The position numbers were made by a program, and so were the translations under genes. From contig OZ286467.1 in assembly GCA_965644265.1 (NCBI GenBank), positions 63,240,001 through 63,304,000 on the forward strand: DNA of 64,000 nucleotides, given 5' to 3'. Each line of letters opens with the position of its first letter. The first letter of the stretch is position 1. This document shows positions 41,201 through 53,200 of the stretch, piece after piece. Source of the stretch: Glycera tridactyla (taxonomy: Eukaryota). The notes beneath the pieces were generated by a model, which did no database searches, was not told the origin of the DNA, and worked only from the letters and a program-made list of their open reading frames with translations.

Positions 41201-44200
41201 GGAGCACCTACAACAGGTACGTAAACACCAACAAAATTAGCAAGTGATTACCCATTCTCGATTTCATCATTGTTGGACTGTACATGTATGTCCCAATCAC
41301 ATCTGTGGTCCATGGGCATAGACAGCAAGGTATTGAGTGTCATCGATGGAATTGGTCTAATAGAGATGATGCCCATATGGATATATGGATGAATTGAGCA
41401 CCCTCCTACTTTTGATCCTATTTTATATTTGTATACTTCTGAGAATCACTCTTCACTCATTCTACCTTCCTCTGTATCTCAACTGCTTCATAAATAATGC
41501 CAAAATACTTTTTGAAGACCAATATTACTGAATGTTCATCCTTTTTGCTTTCAGAAGCCCCAGCAGTAGCTACCACTGGTATGTTTACACCAGTTGTTAT
41601 TAATTGCCATCAGTGGTACCAACCGCTCAGTATTGATCAAACTAATCCATATATAGAATTTCATTATCGTTCATTTTTCCATGCATATCCTGATTCATTT
41701 CCTGGCCGAGAGGCATGACAGAAAATAAAGAAAGTTCTGAATCTGATACCATCTTTCAAATTTCACTGTGTTCATATGGATATGCAACTCAATATTGCAC
41801 TCTATCTTCTGACCATATCGTGTTCATGTGCCCTCTAAAGTATGTGCAAAAGATATCGGCTCTTGGTATTGAAGGTGTGCATCTGAAAAAATATATGTTG
41901 ACTAAGCCATTCAAATGAAAGGAATTATTGATGGATGGCCACCTAACTTATAATCTGTGGTTTATAGGACATGAAGGTGTCGAGTGTCACTGTATGATCA
42001 TCATGTAAAGGCTGTCTTCAAAGTAATCAGGATATCAGAGAATGACATGAATGACATTCTTTTTTTTGTTTTTTGCAGGACCAGCAGCAACAACAGCAGG
42101 TACGAAAAGTGAAAAGGACGTAGACCGGAAATACAAATACTTTCAACCCACTACTCCTCTCATATGCCAAGATGAGGCATATTACAATTTCTTAGCTGAT
42201 GACAATACCGATGGAATGTGAACAAATGATAATTGGAGAGTGAAGGTATTCTGTCATTGACTTGAAGTCAATGCCGATGGTGGTTAAACAAATAGTCCCA
42301 CCTGAAGGAAAATATGTTACTTTTCATCTGGTCAATGTTCCACTGTTTCCCTTGATTTGTCTTTTTTATCCCTGGTGCACCTCATCCACCTCAGTCATCA
42401 CTGAATCTTCAAGAAAGGGGACACATCATCATGTTCAATTATATGAGTCCATCTATCAAGTGAATGTCGTATATGATACCATGCATGGCAAGGCACAAAT
42501 CTGGATTCAAGCACTTGGCAAGGTAATATTTCAGAAGCTAGATCTTCAAAAAGAATGGAAGGGCTGTGCTAAGATCATATTGTCATAGATGCAATAGGCA
42601 CTTTGCCTAATGCATCATCGAAGAATATCACGACAGTTTGCTCGACACAGGGATATGAAATCTAAATTTTATCACTCAGATACTTCTCGACATGTCCTGT
42701 ATTTATGTCAGCTAAAGAACATGTTGAATCTCTCTTTTGCCCATGTAGGACTGACACCATTTGCTGGAGGCGAAGAACTGACAACGACAGCAGCTGAAGA
42801 GGAGGAAGAAGTCTTCACAACTGGTAGGTTTGATGTGGAAAGCATGCTCTTGATGTATATTCCACATTCGTCATATGAATCTTCATATCAAAAACTTCCA
42901 CTTGAAGTATTCAATATCCAATTGAATTTTCCAAGATGTTGTATATTTTTGCACACCTTCACGACAGATTTTACTACTCTTCTATTTTCAACCCTAGTAT
43001 GTTATCACAAGCCACATCTGAGTTACTGGAGTGAAATTCCTAGTCTATACGGAATACGTTCAACAATATTAGTAGAATGAGTTTCAATACAGATAGTCTT
43101 TCATGAGTTGACACTTTTCATTCAAAAATGTCAGTGCACTCTCATTCTCGAATATGCCCGATGGTAGATCTCATGCTTCATTGAAGTCAATATCCCAGCT
43201 GCTGTGAAATCATTGAGAGACAACATTGAGAGAAAATTTCCAGTGAGAGTTTGAAACAAATGGGATTCTCGGTGCTCAATCAATCACTTTTTACAACCGT
43301 GGTGACTAGCACAAAGGATTGTTGGCCAGCAGTTGATACCTCTTCAGAACTTTGATTCATCCTACTCACCTACATACCCATCGATTTCAAAATTGATGCA
43401 TGTGTCCTGTTTGAGAATATCGGAAAAAGGATGACCTTCACTGAATATTCATCTTCATTGCTTTCAGGAGCACCAGCAGCTGCAACCACAGGTATGTTGA
43501 CACCACTTGTTATTCATGGTCGTCAGTTGTACCAACCTCACCAAATTGATCAAAATGACGCATATATTTGCTTCCATCATCGTTCCAAATGGATTGGGCT
43601 CCCTTCTTATTCTGATCATGTTTTATTTGTGTATACTTTTGAGACCTATCCATCATTCATTACACCTACTTGTATATCTCATTCATTCCAATAATAATGC
43701 AAAATACTTTGGAAGGACTAATTTTCCTGAATGATCATCTTCTTTGCTTTCAGAAGCACCAGAAGTACCCACCACAGGTATGTATACACAAGTTGTTATC
43801 AATTGCTGTCAGTTGTGCACACCCCACCAAATTTATCACAAAAGGACCTATGTATATATGATTTCATCACAGTTCATTTGTCCATGCAAATCCCGATTCA
43901 TTCACAGGCCAAGACCCATGAGAGCACATATATGGTTGTGAATAAAACATCTTTAATATTTCAATGTGCATATTTGGAAAGGTATCTTGATTGAGCACTC
44001 TATCCTCTGACCTTTTCTCTATCTGCTTTCTCAAGTCTGTCTTGAAGACATTGGCTCTAAAGATTGAAGGGTTGTATCTAAAAATATATATTGAGCAGTC
44101 AATTCAAATGAAATTGATCACCAATAACATTGAGTATATGAGACTCATCCATGTGATTATCCATATGTCAATTTATGGAGTCAAAAATGTGGACTTTATT

Positions 44201-47200
44201 GATGTATGGCCTCTTGACTGAAAATTCCGTCCCTTTGAAATATCATCACAATGGTTGACCTATCTGACTTTGTATCTTTGTCTACTTCCAGCAGCCCCGG
44301 GAGCACCAACAACAGGTACGTGAACACCAATTAGAATCGATATTCGATTCTACTAAATGAGCAAAATGAATACTCATTCCCGATTTCATCATTGTTGGAC
44401 TGTACTTGAATGTACAAATCAAATCTGTGAACATGGAAGGATTGAGGTCCACTGTTGAAATTCGTCCTGGAGAGATAGTGCTTTCATGGATGTGTGGATG
44501 GAATGAGCAACCTCCTCATGCTGATCATATTTTAATTTCTTATACTGCTGAGAACCATGCCTCATCCATTTCACCCATATCTATAGCAGTAGCTACCACA
44601 GGTATGTTACACCAGTTGTTATTCATTGCCATCAGTTGTACCAACCTCTCCATATTGATCAAACTAATCAATATATACAATTTCATCATCGTTTATTTGT
44701 CCATACGTATCCTGATTCTTTTTTTAGGCGAGAGGCATGAGAGCAAATATATAGACTTCATCCACTTCACCCACATCTATATCTCATCCATTCAAATGAT
44801 AATGCAGAATTTCTTTGGTAGAACTAATTTTACTTAATGTTCATCCTCTTTGCTTTCAGAAGCACCAGCAGTAGTTACCACAGGTATGTGAACACCAGAT
44901 TCTATTTTTTGCCATCAGTAGTACCAACCTCGCAAAATTGATCAAATGGACCAATATATGATATCATCATCCATCATCTTCCCATGTGTATTCCGATTCG
45001 TTCCGGGGCAAAGAAGCATGAGAGCAACAATAATTAGTTCTGGATTCTATAGTTGATCATCTATTCTCCCAAGTCTGTCCTAAAGATATTGGTACTCCAG
45101 ATTGATCAGGTGCATCTCGAAAAATATATGTTGACTATTTCATTCAAATGCAATGGATCATCACTGACTTCGCGTATGTGAGCCTCATCACATTCGACAT
45201 TCATATGTCATTCGATCAAGTCGAAAATGTGGAAACCTATTCATGGATGGCCATTTCATCAAAAATTCTGTCACTCCAAGATATTATTATAATAATTTAT
45301 CTTACTCACTTTGTTATTTGTGTCTACTTACAGCAGCCCCAGGAGCACCTACAACAGGTACGTGAACACCAACAAAATGAGCAAGTGATTACCCATTTTC
45401 GATTTCATCATTGTTGGACCGTACCTGTATGTCCCAATCACATCTGTGGTCCATGGGCATAGACAGCAAGGTATTGAGTGTCATCGATGGAATTGGTCTA
45501 ATAGAGATGGTGCCCATATGGATATATGGATGAATTGAGCACCCTCCTTCTTTTGATCCTATTTTATATTTGTATACTTCTAAGAATCACTCTTCACTCA
45601 TTCTACCTTTCTCTGTATCTCAACTGCTTCATAAATAATGCCAAAATACTTTTTGAAGACCAATATTACTGAATGTTCATCCTTTTTGCTTTCAGAAGCC
45701 CAAGCAGTAGCTACCACAGGTATGTTCACACCAGTTGTCATTAATTGCCATCAGTGGTACCAACCGCTCAGTATTGATCAAACTAATCCATATATAGAAT
45801 TTCATTATCGTTCATTTTTCCATGCATATCCTGATTAATTTTCTGGCCAAGCGGCATGACAAAAAATAAAGAAAGTTCTGAATTTGATACCATCTTTCAA
45901 ATTTCACTGTGCTCATATGGATATGCAACTCAATATTGCACTCTATCTTCTGACCATATCGTGTTCATGTGCCCTCTAAAGTATGTGCAAAAGATATCGG
46001 CTCTTGGTATTGAAGGTGTGCATCTGAAAAAATATATGTTGACTAAGCCATTCAAATGAAAGGAATTATTGATTGATGGCCACTTAACTGATAATCTGTG
46101 GTTCATAGGACATGAAGGTGTCGAGTGTCACTGTATGATCATCATGTAAAGGCTGTCTTCAATGTTATCAGGATATCAGAGAATGATATGAATGACATTC
46201 TTTTTTTTGTTTTTTGCAGGACCAGCAGCAACAACAGCAGGTACGAAAAGTGAAAAGGAAGTAGACCAGGAATACAAATACTTTCAACCCACTACTCCTC
46301 TCATTTGCCAAGATGAGGCATATTACAATTCTTTGCTGACGATAATACCGATGGAATGTAAACAAATGATAATTGAAGAGCCAAGGTATTCTGTCATTGA
46401 CTTGAAGTCAATGCCGATGGTGGTTAAACAAATAGTCCCACCTGAAGGAAAATATGTTACTTTTCATCTGGTCATTGTTCCACTGTTTCCCTTGATTTGT
46501 CTTTTATTATCCCTGGTGCACCTCATCCACCTCAGTCATCCCTGAATCTTCAAGCAAGGGGACACATCATCATGTTCAATTATATGAGTCTATCTATCAA
46601 GTGAATGTCGTATATGATACCATGCATGGCAAGGCACAAATCTGGATTCAAGCACTTGGCAAGGTAATATTTCAGAAGCTAGATCTTCAAAAAGAATGGA
46701 AGGGCTGTGCTAAGATCATATTGTCATAGATGCAATAGGCACTTTGCCTAATGCATCATCGAAGAATATCACGACAGTTTGCTCGACACAGGGATATGGA
46801 ATCTAAATTTTATTACTCAGATACTTCTCGACATGTCCTGTATTTATGTCAGCTAAAGAACATGTTGAATCTCTCTTTTGCCCATGTAGGACTGACACCA
46901 TTTGCTGGAGGCGAAGAACTGACAACGACAGCAGCTGAAGAGGAGGAAGAAGTCTTCACAACTGGTAGGTTTGATGTGGAAAGCATGCTCTTGATGTATA
47001 TTCTGCATTCGTCATATGAATCTTCATATCAAAAACTTCCACTTGAAGTATTCAATATCCAATTGAATTTTCCAAAATGTTGTATATTTTTGCACACCTT
47101 CACGACAGATTTTACTTCTCTTCTATTTTGAACCCTAGTATGTTATCACAAGCCACATCTGAGTTACTGGAGTGAAATTCCTAGTCTATACGGAATATGT

Positions 47201-50200
47201 TTAACAATATTAGTAGAATGAGTTTCAATACTGATAGTCTTTCATGAGTTGACACTTTTCATTCAAAAATGTCAGTGCACTCTCATTTTCGAATATGCCT
47301 GATGGTTGATCTCATGCTTCATGAAGTCAATATCCCAGCTGCTGTGAAATCATCGAGAGACAACATTGAGAGAAAATTCCGAGAGAGAGTTTGAAACGAA
47401 TGGGATTCTCGGTGCTCAATCAATCACTTTTTACAACCGTGGTGACCAGCACAAGGGATTGTTGGCCAACAGTTGATACCTCTTCAGAACTTTGATTCAT
47501 CCTACTTACCCACATACCCATCGATTTCATAATTGATGCATGTGTCCTGTTTGAGAATATCGGAGGAAGGATGACCTTCACTGAATATTCATCTTCATTG
47601 CTTTCAGGAGCACCAGCAGCTGCAACCACAGGTATGTTGACACCAGTTGTTATTCATGGTCGTCTGTTGTATCAACCTCACCAAATTGATAAAAATGAAG
47701 CATATATTTGCTTCCATCATCGTTCCAAATGGATTGGGCTCCCTTCTTATTCTGATCATGTTTCATTTGTGCATACTTTTGAGACCTATCCATCATTCAT
47801 TACACCTACTTGTATATCTCATTCGTTCCAATAAAAATGCAAAATATTTTGGAAGGACTAATTTTACTGAATGATCATCTTCTTTGCTTTCAGAAGCACC
47901 AGAAGTACCCACCACAGGTATGTATACACAAGTTGTTATCAATTGCTGTCAGTTGTGCAGACCCCACCAAATTTATCACAAATGGACCTATATATATATA
48001 TATGATTTCATCACAGTTCATTTGTCCAGGCAAATCCCGATCCATTCACAGGCCAAGACCCATGAGAGCAGATATATGGTTGTGAATAAAACATTTTCAA
48101 TATTTCAATGTGCATATCTGGAAATGCAACTCGATTGAGCACTCTATCTTCCGACCTTCTCTCCATCTGCTCTCTCAAGTCTGTCTGAAAGACATTGGCT
48201 CTAAAGATTGAGAGTTGTATTTGAAAAAATATATTGAGCAGTCAATTCAAATGAAATGGATCACCAATAACATTGAGTATATGAGACTCATCCATGTGAT
48301 TATCCATATGTCAACATATGGAGTCGAAAATGTGGAAATTATTGATGTATGGCCTCTCGACTGAAAATTCTGTCCCTTTGAAATATCATTACAATGGTTG
48401 ACCTATCTGACTCTGTATCTTTGTCTACTTCCAGCAGCCCCGGGAGCACCAACAACAGGTACGTGAACACCAATTAGAATCGGTATTCGATTCTACTAAA
48501 TAAGCAAAATGAATACTCATTCCCGATTTCATCATTGTCGGACTGTACTTGAATGTACAAATCAAATCTGTGAACATGGAAGGATTGAGGTTCACTGTTG
48601 GAATTCGTCCCAGGGAGATAGTGCTTTCATGGATGTGTGGATGGAATGAGCACCCTCCTCATGCTGATCATATTTTCATTTCTTATTCTGCTGAGAACCA
48701 TGCTTCATCCATTTCACCAATATCTATAGCAGTAGCTACCACAGGTATGTTACACCAGTTGTTATTCATTGCCATCAGTTGTACCAACCTCTCCATATTG
48801 ATCAAACTAAACAATATATACAATTTCATCATCGTTTATTTGTCCATACGTATCCTGATTCATTTCCTTGTCGAGAGACATGACAGCAAATATATGGACT
48901 TCATCCATTTCACCCACATCTATATCTCAGCCATTCAAATGATAGTGCAGAATTACTTTGGTAGAACTAATTCTACTTAATGTTCATCCTCTTCGCTTTC
49001 AGAAGCCCCAGCAGCAGCTACCACAGGTATGTTCACACAAGTTGTTATCTTTTGCGGTCAGTTGTACCAACCTCTCTGTAGTGATCAAACTAATCGATAT
49101 ATAGAATTTCATCATCGTTTATTTGTCCATACATATCCTGAATCATTTCCTAGGCGAGAGGCATGACAGGGAATATACAGACTTCATCCACTTCACCCAC
49201 ATCTATATCTCATCCATTCAAATGATAATGCAGAATTACTTTGGGAGAACGAATTTTACTTAATGTTCATCCTCTTTGCTTTCAGAAGCACCAGCAGTAG
49301 GTACCACAGATATGTAAACACCAGATTCTATTTTTAGCCGTCAGTAGTACCAACCTCGCCAAATTGATCAAATTCCCATGTGTATTCCTATTCATTCCAG
49401 GGCAAAGAAGCTTGAGAGCAACAATAATTAGTTCTGGATTCTATAGTTGATCATCTATTCTCCCAAGTCTGTCCTAAAGATATTGGTACTCCAGATTGAT
49501 CAGGTGCATCTCGAAAAATATATGTTGACTATCTCATTCAAATGCAATGGATCATTACTGACTTCGCGTATGTGGGCCTCATCACATTCGACATTCATAT
49601 GTCATTCGATCATGTCGAAAATGAGGGAAACTATTCATGGATGGCCATTTTATCAAAAATTCTGTCACTCCAAGATATTATTATAATAATTTATCTTACT
49701 CACTTTGTTATCTGTGTCTACTCTCCGTAGTGATCAAACTGATCGATATATAGAATTTCATCATCGTTTATTTGTCCATACATATCCTGAATCATTTCCT
49801 AGGCGAGAGGCATGACAGGGAATATATAGACTTCATCCACTTCACCAACATCTATATCTCATCCATCCAAATGATAATGCAGAATTACTTTGGGAGAACG
49901 AATTTCACTTAATGTTCATCCTCTTTGCTTTCAGAAGCACCAGCAGTAGGTACCACAGGTATGTAAACACCAGATTCTATTTTTTGCCGTCAGTAGTACC
50001 AACCTCGCCAAATTGATCAAATTGACCAATATATGATATCGTCATCCATCATTTTCCCATGTGTATTCCGATTCATTCCAGGGCAGAGAAGCATGAGAGC
50101 AACAATAATTAGTTCTGGATTCCATAGTTGATCATCTATTCTCCCAAGTCTGTCCTAAAGATATTGGTACTCCAGATTGATCAGGTGCATCTCGAAAAAT

Positions 50201-53200
50201 ATATGTTGACTATTTCATTCAAATGCAATGGATCATCACTGACTTTGCGTATGTGAGCCTCATCACATTCGACATTCATATGTCATTCGATCAAGTCGAA
50301 AATGAGGAAAACTATTCATGGATGGCCATTTTATCAAAAATTCTGTCACTCCAAGATATTAGTATAATATTTTATCTTACTCACTTCGTTATCTGTGTCT
50401 ACTTACAGCAGCCCCAGGAGCACCTACAACAGGTACATGAACACCAACAAAATGAGCAAGTGATTACCCATTTTCGATTTCATCATTTTTGGACTGTACA
50501 TGTATGTCCCAATCACATCTGTGGTCCATGGGCATAGACAGCAGGGTATTGAGTGTCATCGATGGAATTGGTCTAATAGAGATGGTGCCCATATGGATAT
50601 ATGGATGAATTGAGCACCCTCCTACTTTTGATCCTATTTTATATTTGTATACTTCTAAGAATCACTCTTCACTCATTCTACCTTCCTCTGTATCTCAACT
50701 GCTTCATAAATAATGCCAAAATACTTTTTGAAGACCAATATTACTGAATGTTCATCCTTTTTGCTTTCAGAAGCCCCAGCAGTAGCTACCACTGGTATGT
50801 TTACACCAGTTGTTATTGATTGCCATCAGTGGTACCAACCGCTCAGTATTGATCAAACTAATCCATATATAGAATTTCATTATCGTTCATTTTTCCATGC
50901 ATATCCTGATTAATTTCCTGGCCGAGAGGCATGACAGAAAATAAAGAAAGTTCTGAATTTGATACCATCTTTCAAATTTCACTGTGTTCATATGGATATG
51001 CAACTCAATATTGAACTCTATCTTCTGACCATATCGTGTTCATGTGCCCTCTAAAGTATGTGCAAAAGATATCGGCTCTTGGTATTGAAGGTGTGCATCT
51101 GAAAAAATATATGTTGACTAAGCCATTCAAATGAAAGGAATTATTGATGGATGGCCACCTAACTTATAATCTGTGGTTTATAGGACATGAAGGTGTCGAG
51201 TGTCTCTGTATGATCATCATGTAAAGGCTGTCTTCAATGTAATCAGGATATCAGAGAATGACATGAATGACATTCTTTTTTTTGTTTTTTGCAGGACCAG
51301 CAGCAACAACAGCAGGTACGAAAAGTAAAAAGGACGTAGACCGGAAATACAAATACTTTCAACCCACTACTCCTCTCATTTGCCAAGATGAGGCATATTA
51401 CAATTTCTTAGCTGATGACAATACCGATGGAATGTAAACAAATGATAATTGGAGAGTCAAGGTATTCTGTCATTGACTTGAAGTCAATGCCGATGGTGGT
51501 TAAACAAATAGTCCCACCTGAAGGAAAATATGTTACTTTTCATCTTGTCAATGTTCCACTGTTTCCCTTGATTTGTCTTTTTTTATCCCTGGTGCACCTC
51601 ATCCACCTCAGTCATCCCTGAATCTTCAAGCAAGGGGACACATCATCATGTTCAATTATATGAGTCCATCTATCAAGTGAATGTCGTATATGATACCATG
51701 CATGGCAAGGCACAAATCTGGATTCAAGCACTTGGCAAGGTAATATTTCAGAAGCTAGATCTTCAAAAAGAATAATAGGGCTGTGCTAGGATCATATTGT
51801 CATAGATGCAATAGGCACTTTGCCTAATGCATCATCGAAGAATATCACGACAGTTTGCTCGACACAGGGATATGAAATCTAAATGTTATTACTCAGATAC
51901 TTCTCGACATGTCCTGTATTTATGTCAGCTAAAGAACATGTTGAATCTCTCTTTTGCCCATGTAGGACTGACACCATTTGCTGGAGGCGAAGAACTGACA
52001 ACGACAGCAGCTGAAGAGGAGGAAGAAGTCTTCACAACTGGTAGGTTTGATGTGGAAAGCATGCTCTTGACGTATATTCAGCATTCGTCATATGAATCTT
52101 CATATCAAAAACTTCCACTTGAAGTATTCAATATCCAATTGAATTTTCCAAAATGTTGTATATTTTTGCACACCTTCACGACATATTTTACTTCTCTTCT
52201 ATTTTCAACCCTAGTATGTTATCACAAGCCACATCTGAGTTACCGGAGTGAAATTCCTAGTCTATACGGAATACGTTTAACAATATTAGTAGAATGAGTT
52301 TCAATACAGATAGTCTTTCATGAGTTGACACTTTTCATTCAAAAATGTCAGTGCACTCTCATTTTTGAATATGCCTGATGGTAGATCTCATGCCTCATGA
52401 AGTCAATATCCCAGCTGCTGTGAAATCATTGAGAGACAACATTGAGAGAAAATTTCGAGAGAGAGTTTGAAACGAATGGGATTCTCGGTGCTCAATCAAT
52501 CACTTTTTACAACCGTGGTGACTAGCACAAGGGATTGTTGGCCAACAGTTGATACCTCTTCAGAACTTTGATTCATCCTACTTACCCACATACCCATCGA
52601 TTTCATAATTGATGCATGTGTCCTGTTTGAGAATATCGGAGAAAGGATGACCTTCACTGAATATTCATCTTCATTGCTTTCAGGAGCACCAGCAGCTGCA
52701 ACCACAGGTATGTTGACACCAGTTGTTATACATGGTCGTCCGTTGTACCAACCTCACCAAATTGATCAAAATGACGCATATATTTGCTTCCATCATCGTT
52801 CCAAATGGATTGGGCTCCCTTCTTATTCTGATCATGTTTCATTTGTGCATACTTTTGAGACCTATCCATCATTCATTACACCTACTTGTATATCTCATTC
52901 GTTCCAATAAAAATGCAAAATACTTTGGAAGGACTAATTTTACTGAATGATCATCTTCTTTGCTTTCAGAAGCACCAGAAGTACCCACCACAGGTATGTA
53001 TACACAAGTTGTTATCAATTGCTGTTAGTTGTGCAGACCCCACCAAATTTATCACAAATTGACCTATATATATATGATTTCATCACAGTTCATTTGTCCA
53101 TGCAAATCCCGATTCAATAAAACATCTTTAATATTTCAATGTGCATATCTGGAAATGCAACTCGATTGAGCACTCTATCTTCCGACCTTTTCTCCATCTG

